From Mobula hypostoma (lineage: Eukaryota), in the NCBI RefSeq assembly GCF_963921235.1, contig NC_086097.1, forward strand, positions 199,518,001 to 199,582,000: a stretch of 64,000 bases of DNA, in the 5' to 3' direction. Shown here in pieces: positions 45,700 to 58,430 of the stretch. The first letter of the stretch is position 1, and every line of letters starts with the position of its first letter. The position numbers and the translations under genes were made by a program. Under the pieces are notes generated by a model. It did not search any database, was not told where the DNA came from, and saw only the letters and a list, made by a program, of their open reading frames with translations.

Positions 45700-48600
45700 A
45701 GATCATCAGACAAAGGAGCAGAATCAAGCCAGTTGGACCAACAAGTCTGCTCCACCATTCCACCATGCTTAATCCTTTATACTACTCAACGTCATTCTCC
45801 TGCCTTCTCCCTATAACCTTTGACATCCTGACTAATCAAGAACCTATCGACCTCCACTTTAAATATACTCAATCACTTGGCCTACACAGCTGTCATGGCA
45901 ACGAATTTCACAGGTTTACCACCACTAACTAAGCTGGCCAGTGGTGTAGTGGTATCGGCACTGGGCTTCAAGGCCGGTAGTCCCAGGTCGGAATCTAGCC
46001 AGCTCCTTGCACACTTTTCATCACGTGCTGCCTTGTGTTTCAATCTAGAAATTCAGCTTGTGAAAACCAAACAAATGCTAAAGAAATGGCAGGTGCCCAG
46101 TGTGCCACAAGGCACACAGAGGAACTACTAACCACCACTGGCTAAGGATATACCTCCTCATCTCTGTTCTAAATGGGCACCCCTCTATTCAGAAGCTATG
46201 CCTTCTGGTCCTCATCTCATCCATCACAGGAAACATCCTCTCCACATCCACTCTATCTAGACCTTTCATTATTTGATAGACCTAGCCTTTCAATGAAATC
46301 CCCCTTCATTCTTCTAAACACCAGTGAGTACAAATCCAGAGCCATCAAACGCTCCTTTCATTCCTGAAATTGTTCTCGTAAACCTCCTCCCCAATGCCAG
46401 CACCCCTTTTCTTAGATAAAGTGCCGAAAACTGCTCACAATTCTCCAAGTGTGGACTGACCAATGCTTATAAAAGCTCAACATTACACCCTTGCTCTGAT
46501 ATCTAGTCGCTCAAAGTGAATAATAGCCTTGCATTTGCCTTCCTTACCACCAAATCAACCTGCAAGTTAACCTGCAGGATTAACCTTAACCCTGCAAGAG
46601 GACTCCCAAGTCCCCTTGCACCTCTGATTTTTGAATTTTCTCCCTTTTTATAAAATAGTCTCCATCTTTACTCCTTCTACCAAAGTACATAACCATACAT
46701 TGCCCAGAACTATATTCTATCTGCCTCTTCTTTGCCATTCTCCCAATCCGATTGAGTCCTTCTGCAGTCTCCCTGCTTCCTCAACACTACCTGTACATCC
46801 ACCTATCTTTATATCACTTGCAGCCTTGGTCACAAAGTCATTAATCTTGCCATCCAAATCACTGACATATCACTTGAAATGAAACAATCCCTGTACTGAC
46901 CCTAAAGGACACCACTATAGTCACTGGCAGACAACCAGAATAGATCCCCTTTATTCCTACACATTGACTCCTGCCAGTCAACTAATCTTCAATCTATATT
47001 AGGATCTTCCCTATAATACCACGAACTCTCATCTTATTAAACAGCTTTATGTGTGATACCTTGTCAAAGGCCTTCTGAGAATCCAAGTAACCAACATCCA
47101 CTGCCTCTCATTTATCTATCTTGCCTGTTTTTCTCTCAAATAATTCTAACAGCTTTGTCAGGCAAGATATCCCCTTAAGGAAACCATGCTGACTTTGGAT
47201 AACTTCATCATGTGCCACCAAGTATCCCAAAACCTCATCCTCAACAATTGACTCCAACATCTTACAACTACTGAAGTCATGCTGACATATAATTTCCTTT
47301 CTTCTGTCTCCCTCCCTTCTTCAAGAATGCAGTGACATTTGCAATTTTACAGTCATCTGGAACCATTCCAGAATCTAGTGATTAATAAAAGATCATTACT
47401 AACGTCTAAACAATTGCTTCAGCTACCCTGTTCAGAACCTGAGGGAATGGTCAATTTGATCCAGGTGACTTACCAATCTTCAGACCTATCAGCTTCCTAA
47501 GCACCTTCTCCTTAGTGATAGTAACCACATTCACTTCTAACCCCTGAGTCTCTCAAATTTCTGGCATACTGCTAGGGCCTTCCACAGTGAAGGTTGATGC
47601 AAAATACTTAAGTTCATCTGCAATTTCTTTGTCCTCCATAGCTACCTCTCCAGCGTTATTTTCCAGCAGTCCAATATCCACTTTCACCTCTCTTTGACTC
47701 TTTATATATCTGAGAAAAACATATAGTATCCTCTTTTATATTATTGGCTTGTTTCCCTCATGTTTCATCTTTTCTGTCCTTATATTTTTTTAGTTGTCTT
47801 CTGTTGGTTTTAAAAACCCCCCACTCCTCTAACGTCCCACTAATTTTTGCTATATTATGCCCTCTCTTTTCCTATTATGCTCACTTAGATATCACCTGTC
47901 ATCCACAGTTACTTCGTCCTCCTTTTAGAATATTTCTTCATCTTTGGGCTGTATCTATTCTGCAACTTCCAACTTACCACCAAAAACTCAAGCCATTGTT
48001 GTTCTGTCATCATCCCTGATTGTGACCCCTTCCAATCAACTTTGGTCAGCTCCTCTCTGATGTTTCTGTAATTCCCTTTACTCCACTGTAACACTGATAC
48101 ATCTGACTTGATCTTCTCCCTCTCAAACTGTGGGGTGAATTCTATCATATTATGTTACCTGTCTCCTAAAGGTTCCTTTTCCTTAAGCTTCCTAATCAAA
48201 CTTAGTTCATTACACAACATCGAATCCAGAATTGCCTTTCCCCTATTGGGATCAACCACAACCTGTTCTGAAAAAACATCTCATAGACATTCTATAAATT
48301 CCTTCTCTTGGGATTCAACACCAACCCAATTTTCCCAATCTACCTGCAAATTGAAATCCCCCATTACTGTCACGACATTGTCCTTTTCTGTCTCCTGTTG
48401 TAATTTATATCCCACATCCTGGCTACTGTTCAGGAGCCTATATTTAGTCCATCTCCTATCAAGGTCTTTCTACCCTTGCAGTTTCTTAACTCTACCCACA
48501 AGGATTCTGCATTTTCTGATTAAGTGTCACCTCTTTCTAAGGATTTGATTTCATTTTTTTTTCCAACAGAGCCACATCAGCCCCTTCTTATCTGCATGTC

Positions 48601-48755
48601 CTTCAATACAAGGTGATTCCTTGTGTGTTAAGCTCCCAACGATAATCCGCTTTCAGTCTTTTCCCTTACTCCTTACACTCACTGTGCAGGGCTTCTTCTC
48701 CCTTGCTACCTATGATATCAGTGCCAATGTACACCACAACATCTGGCTGCTCACC
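45700..48755 (-). mobile_element. Decayed CR1 LINE (ORF2 plus a small ORF1 piece)
   Basis: GEQPDVVVYIGTDIIG (esterase, about 48700) and IEFTPQFEREKIKSDVSVLQWSKGNYRNIREELTKVDWK, with the RT region and a CR1 3' UTR at 45700-45900. Confidence 0.85.
45927..46130 (+). mobile_element. tRNA-derived SINE with 9-bp TSD, nested in CR1
   Basis: ACCACCACT at 45918-45926 and 46131-46139; A box TGGTGTAGTGG; B-box-like GGTCGGAATC; (ACT)n-like tail. Confidence 0.75.
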
Positions 48756-48909
48756 ATTTGTTAGATAAAGGCACTTAGCATACATGTGCTCACAATTTCT
48801 GAATGTGATAATCTCTGAATGTGCATGATTATACATAACTGAAGATTTATACATTTTGTTTATACAGCACATTCTCTGCAACTTAAATTTACTTCATTTG
48901 TAAGTTTTT

Positions 48910-49040
48910 TTAGTCCTGATGAGAAGTCAGCCACTTGAAATATTAATCCTTTTTCTTTCTCCACAGATGCTATCTGACCAGCTAATATTAACAGCATTTT
49001 CTCCTCTTATTTGAAATTGCCAGCATCTGCAGTGTATTGA
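48910..49040 (+). mobile_element. Degenerate Penelope terminus with hammerhead-like core
   Basis: agtcCTGATGAgaagtcagccacttGAAAtatt followed by ccacagatgctatctgacc...ccagcatctgcag. Confidence 0.6.
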
Positions 49041-49993
49041 CTTCCTTTTCCCTCCTGCAGGATTTGTACAAGTGATGTGTGGGAACAGATGCACTGATGC
49101 AATGCGGAACCTTCTGAGTTCAGTAGCCTCTGCTAGTAGCCTCACCTCCTGCTCTTTAGCTGACCAGAGAAGCTCCACTGATGAGCAAACTGTGGCTGTG
49201 GCTTGTCCAATTCCCTGCCTCTTACTGATTTCTAGCCTGAAATATGAAAGGGAATACATTGAGATGGTTTATTTCAAATCTCTTTCAATTAATAGATTCT
49301 TCCGTTATTACTAGAGCATTGCTGAATTATCTAGGTAGCTGTAAAATATAAATGACTGAGTCAAATTAAACACCCAAGCTGAGTAAATGGGTTTTTGTAA
49401 AATTACATTTCAATACTTGCTTCGCAACACAGCATAGTGACAAAGTAATGGACTCCTGGATTTTCCCAGTCCTCATCATATAACACAATTTAAATATGCT
49501 CAGCAAAGTTGGGTTACAAATATTAAACCACGACCAAGCATGGGAACACTTGCAGTTTCTGTAGCCTGCATCTGTCACAAGATCAACCTCTGAATACATT
49601 TAATACATTTAAAATGATCTGTTTATTATCATAAAATCATGCTGAAAATTTTATCTTTTTATGACTGACACCAGTGAATGCATTTCCAAAAGTCTAAATG
49701 TTCCAATGGAGACTGAAATGAGCATGTCCATCCTAACCGCAAACTTTGACCATACATTTATGATATCGGCATAGTAAGAGTTTACATGACAGGAACTTTG
49801 TAATATTTGTATGGAAATAGGATCTGCAATGTTGTCTCTAATGAAAATGATTGCTTTGGCACTATATTAAAACAACAGGTGAAATCCAGGAGTGTAGTAC
49901 TGCATCCCTATTCAGCATTGTGAAGCAAATACTTACTGCTGTGGTCACCACATAAACCTGTTTATCTGGTCTGGGTGTTAAGCCTGTCTAAGT

Positions 49994-50572
49994 CACTCAG
50001 TGACCACTTTATTAGGTACCTCAAGTATCTAATAAAGCAGCCACTAAGAATATGTTTGTCATGTTCTGTTGCTGTCGTACATCCTCTTCAAGGTTCAATG
50101 TGTTGTTCATTCAGAGATGCTCTTCTGCGCACCATTGTTGTAACACATGGTCACTTGAGTTATTGTTACCTTCCTGTTAGCTTGGACCAGCCTGCCCAGT
50201 CTCCTCTGATCTCCCTCATTAACAAGGCATTTTCGCCCACAGAAATGCTGCTCACTGGATTTTGTTTTTGTTGTTTATTGCACCATTCTCTGGAAACACT
50301 AGAGACTGTTGTACGTGAAAATCCCAGGAGATCAGTAGTTTCTGAGATACTCAAACCACCCCATATTGGCACCAACAATCATTCCACAGTCAAAGTCACT
50401 TGTATCGCATTTCTTCTCCATTCTTATGTTTGGTCTGAACAATAACCGAACCTGGGTCTTGACCACATCTGTATGTGTTTATGCATTAAGTTGCTGCCAC
50501 GTGATTAGCTGATTAGATATTAGCATTTTCGAGCCGGTGTAAAGGTGTATCTAATAATGTGTGTACTGAATG
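49994..50572 (-). mobile_element. Internally deleted Tc1-like DNA transposon
   Basis: Degenerate TIRs cactcagtgaccactttattaggtac / gtatctaataatgtgtgtactgaatg followed by TA. The minus-strand remnant GLSISETTDLLGFSRTTVSSVSREWC is a Tc1 paired-like HTH. Confidence 0.85.
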
Positions 50573-50744
50573 TATGTATTCTACAGTCACCTGCATATTG
50601 CAGCAACCTAATGCTCCATTGATATTCGAAGAATGCATTAATTGAGAAAACTTGAAAATCAGCATGATCCCTGTAGGGAGGTACAGCAGAACCAATCGGA
50701 GTGTGTGTTGCACTAACGTGTAAAGAAATCATAACTGATGGACA

Positions 50745-51240
50745 TTAGCTAGAAATACCCAGCAGGTTTAGTCATACCTCAGGAAGAGAAATAGAGTTGT
50801 CATTTCAAGTTGGAGATCCTTTGTCTGAACAAACATGTTCCTTTCCTCACAGATATGGCCTGACTTGCTGAGTAGTTCCTGCTTTTTCTGCTTTTGTTTC
50901 AGAATTCCACCTTCCACACTTCCTTTTTTTATGTTCATGTACCTTGGACATAGTCTACCCTCTCCTAATGTCCGAGCTTCACCTGTCTCTGCATCCCATT
51001 AGTTCATAGACAGGCCGAGCCAACTTGGGCTCCTCCAGCCTACTCCTTGTGATCATTCAATCACAAACAAGAGAAAATTATGCAGATGCCGCGAGTCCAA
51101 GTAGCACACACAAAATGCTGAAGGAACTCAGCAGGCCGGGCAACATCGAGAGAAAAGAGTACAGTCGACGTTCTGGGCCCAGACCCTTCAGCAGGACTGG
51201 AAAAAAAAGATGAGGAGTCAGAATAAGAAGGTGGGGGGAT
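50745..51240. mobile_element. Penelope-terminus fragments (palindromic 50745-50910; single 51062-51240)
   Basis: cacaaacaagagaaaattatgcagatgc...gaactcagcaggccgggcaacatcgag...agtcgacgttctgggcccagacccttcagcaggact. Confidence 0.75.
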
Positions 51241-52704
51241 GTGGGTCAGAGTAAGAGGTTGGGGGGTGTAAGACCTTGTGTTCTTTGCCTGCATTGAATA
51301 ATGAGATCTGCGTGAGTAGAAGAGACATGGCGGCCATGGGTGATCACATTGAATATTTGTAGGTAGATTGTAAGAGTGTGGATGTGGGGGTTTAAAAGAA
51401 AGAATGGCAATATGTACTGTTGCCCGTGGCTGAGAGAGTAGATAGTATAGGGATAGAATCACTGTCAAAGTGCGCGTTTGAGAATGGGACAGATCTACCT
51501 TATGTAGATGAGAAAGAAATGAGAGATAAAGAGAAAGAGGGGACAGGTGGATAAAAACAGAGCTCATCAATAATTATATAAGAACTGAAAGAGCATGTTT
51601 GAGGGTTCCCCAATGCTGTGGTGGGAATTATCATACATCAGAAAGATTCGGTAGTGGAGAAGTAAAGAATTAGACTTACCTGGAGGGAACAATGCTGGCA
51701 CAAATGTTGCCAAGGATCTTCCCACATCTCAGTGATGGCAGCTTTTCAAATTCTGAGCCTGCAAATATGCTGTTCACCAGAGAGGTGCTGCTTGGATTTC
51801 ACGTCTTTGAAAGCTCTGGGGCAGAAAGGCATTTGCCTCTAGCTGTGCGGTTCTGGACCCACACACCAATCATGGCTTTATCAAAATTCCAGAAGTGGAG
51901 TGCTGCCTGTGGAGTCTCCACTGAAGCAATCATGAAATGAATATTTCATCAGGTAAAAAAGTGTTTGCTTAAGCACATTATGTGCTCTGGGTGTCTGTGC
52001 AACCTGCAATGCATTCTAAAGCTGCCCATCCTTGTCTAACAGTCTCAGCAGGGTGTTCTTTAAATAGTGTGAAAAGCAACAACCTTGAAAGTTCTGCTCC
52101 ACAGAAGATGGACCTTTGAGTTCTAACATGCAATTGTCAGTAGAAATGAGAGCTTTGTTTACAATTACGTCACCGTTTCGCACACCTATTGCCAAGACAA
52201 GGACAGGCACATTAACACAGATTGTGCACAGAATATCCCAGTCCCACTTCATGTTGACTTAGTTTCAAATGAAGTTGTTTGCTATTATAATCCAAAACTG
52301 TGGTTTTTCAATTATCAGCTAAAAGTTACCCAGTTTCTTGTCATTCCTACCTTATGAGATTGACTACAGAGTATGTTTTCAATTGCACAGTACTTGAAAC
52401 ATCCAGAAGTTACATAAATGCAAGTCTTACAATTGATTTTTACATTAAACAGGGTTTAATAGTTTGTTTTGGCTGATCCTATTTTGGATGCAATTGCTAT
52501 AAGCCATGTAGATCAAATAAGTATCTTATATTTAGAGCACAGAACTATCTTTAGTTGCAAGCAGATGTGTTTTTTCTTACAAATTCATCAGAATTTGTAC
52601 TGTATTGTTAACTTGTTTGTATTATTTAAAAATTAAACCAAGACACAACTTGTATTGTTACAATTGATATAATTTTTAAATAAATTTGAATCAGGAATTC
52701 ATAT

Positions 52705-53265
52705 ACAACACAAGAGAATCTACAAATGCTGGAAATCCTGAGCAACATGTCCAAAATGCTGGTTGAACTCTCAACAAGTCAGGCAGTATTTATGGAGGAG
52801 GTTAAACAGTTGACATCTTGGGATTGGCAAGGAAGAGGGCAGAAGCCAGAATAGAAAGTCGGGGAGGAGAATGAGTAAAAGCTGGCTGGTGATAGGTGAG
52901 ACCAAGTGAGGGTAAAGGTGAGTGGGTGGGGGAGGGGGAAGAACTAAGAAGCTGGGAGAAGATAGGTGACAGACGTAAAAGGTTGAAGAAGAATAAATCA
53001 AATAGATGAGAACATTGGACTATGGAAGAAAAAGAAGGAGATGAACCAGATGGAGATGAAGGGCACGTGAGAAAAGAAGGTATGAGAGGGTAACCAAAAT
53101 GGGAAGTGGAAAAAGAAAGGGTGTGGAGAAATTGGGAGGCTACCCAAACGGAATATGAGGTATTGCTCCTCAAACCTGAGTTTGGCTTCATCATAGCAGT
53201 AGGAAAGGCCATAGCTAGACTTGTCAGAGTGGGAATGGAAAGTCAGGTTGAAATGGGTGGACATC
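52705..53265 (-). mobile_element. Penelope-like element 3' fragment
   Basis: HFNLTFHSHSDKSSYGLSYCYDEAKLRFEEQYLIFRLGSL plus the terminal segment. Confidence 0.8.
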
Positions 53266-54279
53266 AGTTCTTGTTGATTAAGCACTCTTTTTCATTTAAA
53301 TAATTCACTACAAGTTATACATAAAAATACATGAATTGCATACATCATGATGCTATCACATGATATGTGCACACCTCACTTACTTTCAGACTCATATGAC
53401 TTCCTTTGAGTCAGTTTAATGTTTTGAAGTTACAAAACAGTGGCATTTAGGTATCTGTAAAATGAATCCAAGATAGCTGCGGACCTGTTGAAGCACTGTG
53501 AGACATTTAAAATTTTTAAAAAGTTAAGCGAGGAATAGCAAGTGAAAAGTGCAGCCCAGCACATAAGAGGCTGTCAAGTTGACAATTTTCAGCTAATGTC
53601 TTCAATTGAGCAATGTATGCTGAAATGGACTCCCCATCCTTTTGATTCTGCTTATGAAGCTGCAATCAAGGATGGGTTCAGTTCTAAATGTTCCTGAATT
53701 ACATTCATAATGTCAGCAAAGCTCATTTCTGCTGGTTTGGTTGGAGCAGTCAAGCTTCAAAGCAAACAGTATGCCTTTAAACCCAATGCACTCAGCAACA
53801 TTGGTACTCACTTCTCATTGGCTATTTCACCTAAAAAAGGCAAAAAACAGAAGAATTCACAGGTTCATAAAGAGAGAGTCCCAGGTGATAATAATCATTT
53901 AAAAATGCAGAAATGGCAGGCTATGTCAGAAAAATTGTCATGTTTAATTACAAAAACATTAACTAGAATATGTATACTGAGCTAATTGAACAGTATTTTA
54001 AAACAAATGTAGAAAGCCAACATTTTATGCCCATCAACATACAGAATTAAGAAAAACAACATGTATAAACAAAGTACTTAGTTTAGCAAGATCTCCTATA
54101 TCATTATTAAAATAATATTACAAGCCAGTCTGCTGAGAATATTTCCATATTCTTTTCCCTTAAAGTTCATTGTCATGGCAATGCAGTGGAAAGTCAAAGA
54201 AAGGATCGCCCCTGGCTCTTAGACAACACATTGTCACCAACAATAAATCTAATCTCTAATTAGATTTCTCACTAGCTAT

Positions 54280-54625
54280 GACACAGGGGGAGGCCATTTG
54301 GCTCATTAGACCCATGCAGACTCCCCAGGACAGCAATCCCATCTGTCCTAATCTCCCCTCCTTATTTCCAAAACATTTTCCTACTTTATTCTCTCTCATA
54401 AACTCAACAGCTCTCCTTTGATTATTTTTTGCCACAAGGGATAATTTTCCATATTCAATGAACCTACTAGAATGTCTTTTTTTGGGATGTACATTGAAAC
54501 TAAAATTCCATAGCAGAAACCCACATATTCACATGGAGAACATGAAAACAAAATCAGTACCCAGGGTCAGGGTGCAACATTAGTCCCTGGAGTTATAACT
54601 CAGTAAAACTAACTGCTGTACCAAC
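54280..54625 (-). mobile_element. Degenerate V-SINE with CR1-like tail
   Basis: gaaacccacatattcacatggagaacatgaaaac is the reverse complement of the V-domain seen at 2340-2375. Confidence 0.5.
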
Positions 54626-54957
54626 TTGCCATCAGAAATCTCATTCTCAGTGCAGTTCATGTCCTAGTTCATGTCAGTATTCTACTCAATGGGATTCCTG
54701 CAGCCCCATTGCAGCATAGCACTGATAGAACGTAGGAGTTAAAGAAGATGTTTCACTAAACTCCGGGTCCTATTGTTAGTTCTATCGTAAACTGCAATAC
54801 CAGCTAATTTAAATTGTATGATGTGTGCAAGCTTTTGAAATACAACCCTAAATGCATACAGAGGAGAGGTGGGAAGGAAAATATTATAGATATGACTATG
54901 TCAACAGCTAGGTCCCTGGGCGAGGAGAACTACGCAGTGGGAAAGGGACAGAGAAAC

Positions 54958-55530
54958 TGAATCAGATCAGAATCAGGTTTAATATTATCAGCAGATGTTG
55001 TGAAATTTGTTGTTTTGTGGCAGCAATACATAATAATAAAAACTGTGAGTTACAATAAGAATATACATATAAAGTAGTTAAATTAAATAACTAGTGCAAA
55101 AAAATTTTTTTTTTAAATGTAGTGAGGCAATGTTCATTGGTTCAATGTCCATTCAGGAATTCAGAACTTCCCTGAATCATTGAGTGTGTGCCTTCAGGCT
55201 CCAGTAACTCCTCCCTGATGGTAGGAATGAGAAGAGGTCATGTCCTTAATGATGGATGCCATCTTTTTGAGGCATCGATCCCTGAAGGTGTCCTGGATGC
55301 TGAGGAGGCTGGTGCTCATGATGGAGCTGAGTTCACAACTTTCTGTAGCTTCTTTCAGTCCTGTGCAGCCGCTGCCCCACCCCATACCATGCGGAGATGC
55401 AGCCAGTTAGAATGCTCTCCGTGGTACATCTGTAGAAATTTGTGAGTGTGATTGGTGATATACCAAATCTCATCAAATTCCTAATAAAACATAGCTGTTC
55501 TTTGCCTTCTTAGTAACTGCACTGATATAA
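54958..55530 (-). mobile_element. Decayed Rex1/Babar 3' fragment
   Basis: (GATTCT)-type tail; SSIMSTSLLSIQDTFRDRCLKKMASIIKD. Confidence 0.75.
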
Positions 55531-55531
55531 A

Positions 55532-57149
55532 CCATAACACCATAAAGTAGAGGAACAGAATTAAGCCCTTTGGCCCCTCAAGTCACTTCATCATGGCTGA
55601 TCGATTTTTTCCCCTCAGACCCAATCTCCTGCATTCCCCCATTTGCCTTCATGCCCTGACCAAGCAAGAATTATTAACATCTGTCTTACATATACTGTAC
55701 ATACATACAGCCTCCACAGCTGCCTGTGGCAATGAATTCCACAGATTCACTTTTCTCTGGCTAAAGAAGTTCCTCATCATCTCCATTCTAACTGTCGATA
55801 TCACTGCCTGGCATGGAGGTGGGGCAGCCACTGCACAGGATTGAAAGACACTACAGAAAGTTATGAACTCAGCTCCCTCATGGACCCCTCTATTCTGAGG
55901 CTCTGTTTTCTGGTCAGACACTCCCAACATAGGAAACATCTTCTCCACATCCACTGTATCAAGACCTTTCACCATTCAATGGGTTCCACTTAGATCACAC
56001 CTCATTCTTCTGAATTCCAGTGAATACACGCCATCAAATTCTCTTCATATGACAAGCTGATCAATCCTGTAATCATTCTTGTGAACCCCATATGAACCAT
56101 CTGCAATGTCCACACATCCTTTCTTAGATATTTGGCTGGAAACTGCTCTCAATACTCCAAGTGAGGTTTCTCCAGTGCTTTATAAATTCACAATATTACA
56201 TCCTTGCTGTTATACTCTAGTCTTCTTGAAATCAATGCTAACATTGCATTTGACTTCCTCACCAGCAAAATAACCTACAAAGAATCATGCACAAGGACTC
56301 CAAAATCCCTATGTGCCTCAGATTTCTGTAATTTTCTCTCCTTTTAGAAAATAGTCTACTCTTTTATTTCTCCTACCAAAGTGCATGACCATACACCTCC
56401 TAACCAAGTATTCCATCTTCCACTTCTTTGCCCATTCTCCCAATCTGTCTTGGTCCTCCTATAGCCTCTATATTTCTTTAAAACTGCCTGCCCCTCCAAC
56501 TATCTTCATATCATTTGCAAACTTTGCAACAAATCCATCAATTCCAATCATCCAAATCATTGACATATAACATAATAAGAATCAGTCCCATCACAGACCC
56601 CTGTGGAACACAACTAGTCACCAGCAGCTAGTCAGAAAAGGTTCCTTTTATTTCTACTCTTTGCCTCCAGCCAATCAGCCACTGCTTTATCCATGCTAAA
56701 ATCTTTCCTGAAGTACTATGGACTCATAGCTTGTTAAGCTGCTTCATCTGTGGCACTGTGTCAAAGGCCTTCTGAAAATTCAAGTACACAACATCAACTG
56801 ATTCCATCTGTCTATTCTGCTTGTTATTTCTTCAAAGAATTCTAACAGATTTGTCAGGCAAGGTATTCCCTTGAGGAAATCATACTGACTATGACCTATT
56901 TTGTCATGTGCTTCCAAGTTCCACAAAACCACATCCTTAACAATCAACTCCAACATCTTCCCAACCACTGGGGTCAAACCAACTTGCTTATGATTTCCTT
57001 TCTTCTGTCTCTCTCCCTTCTTGAAGAGTGGAGTGATCTTTGCAATTTTCTAGTCTCCTAGAATCATTCCAGAATCCAGTGATCATTACTAATGCCTCCA
57101 CAACCCCTTCAGCCACCTCTTTCAGAAACCTGGGATGTAACCATCTGGT
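55532..57149 (-). mobile_element. Old CR1, 3' part; continues at 63689-64000
   Basis: VKGLDTVDVEKMFPMLG, RNFFSQRKVNLWNSLPQ, VVGKMLELIVKD...CLTNLLEFFEEITSRIDR. Breaks at ccatctggt (within SPGPDG). Confidence 0.85.
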
Positions 57150-57493
57150 AGATTTAAAAGGACAGAAATCCTGCTTCAGGTTTAATTCGGAGAAGGAAGT
57201 CTGAGAATCGGAGCGAGAGTGCGATGGAAGCCATTTTTGAATTTTCCGTTTTTTTTTTCCATCAGCGTTCAGAGAGGCGGGACTGCGCAGGCATGTGACG
57301 TTGGGCAGTGAGGCGCAGAAGATTTAAAAGGAACCAAGCCTTATACAGCGGGCAGCGTAGTTTCCGGGCTGCGGAGTGAGCCGGGAGCAGAGTGAAGGCT
57401 TAAGGGCTTTGGCTCAACGGGCTTAGGCGGAAACGGGCGAGGCGAAGTGGGTTTGCTATTCATTTTTTGTTGTTATTTGGGGAGAGAGGCAGT

Positions 57494-58425
57494 ATGAGTG
57501 TGAGGGCAGCTTGTTGTTCTCGGTGCCGGATGTGGGAGGCCCTGGAGTCTCCAAGCCTCCTGGATGTCTACATCTGCGCCAGGTGCGCCGAGATGCAGCT
57601 CCTAAGGGACTGCGTTAGGGAACTGGAGCTGCAGCTCGATGACCTTCGTCTGGTCAGGGAGAGTGAGGAGTTGATAGAGAGGAGTTACAGGCAGGTGGTC
57701 ACACTGGGGCCACAGGAGGCAGACAAGTGGGTCACGTTTAGGAAGGGGAAGGGTCAGGTATTAGAGGATACCGGCTGTGGCTGTGCCCCTTGACAATAGG
57801 TACTCCTGTTTGAGTACTATTGGGGGGGACAGCTTACCTGGGGGAAGCAACTATGGCCGTGCCTCCGGCACAGAGTCCGGCCCTGTAGCTCAGAAGGGTA
57901 GGGAAAGGAAGAGGAGGGCAGTAGTAATAGGGGACACGATAGTAAGGGGGTCAGATAGGCGATTCTGTGGACGCAGTCCAGAGAGCCAAATGGTAGTTTG
58001 CCTCCCTGGTGCCAGGGTCCGGGATATTTCTGATTGTGCCCAAGATATCCTGAAGTGGGACGGTGAGGAGACAGAGGTTGTGGTACATATGGGTACCAAT
58101 GACATAGGTAGGAAAAGGGAAGAGGTCCTGAAAGGAGAAGATAGGGAGTTAGGAAGGGAGTTGAGGAAAAGGACTGCAAAGGTAATAACCTCGGGATTAC
58201 AGCCAGTGCCACACGACAGTGAGAGTAGGAATGCAATGAGGTAGAGGATAAATGTGTAGCTGAGGGATTGGAGCAGGGGGGCAGGGATTCAAGTTTTTGG
58301 ATCATTGGGACCTCTTTTGGCGCAGGTGTGATCTGTACAAAAAGGACGGGTTACACTTGAATCCTAGGGGGACCAATATCCTGGCGGGGAGATTTGCAAG
58401 GGCGACTGAGGTGACTTTAAACTAG
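57494..58425 (+). pseudogene. CR1 ORF1 (zinc finger, coiled coil, SGNH esterase), disrupted
   Basis: MSVRAACCSRCRMW...ICARC...VRELELQLDDL; VIGDTIV, LPGARV, HMGTND, DGLHL. Frameshifts and stops near 57775 and 58242. Confidence 0.9.
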
Positions 58426-58430
58426 AATGG

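Noticed and set aside
45935..46005. Possible tRNA gene
   Set aside because: No complete cloverleaf; it is the head of a TSD-flanked SINE.
49041..49314. Strong plus-strand splice acceptor (cttccttttccctcctgcag) followed by an 80-aa ORF
   Set aside because: The pyrimidine tract abuts a Penelope terminus, I found no good donor, and the peptide is unrecognisable.
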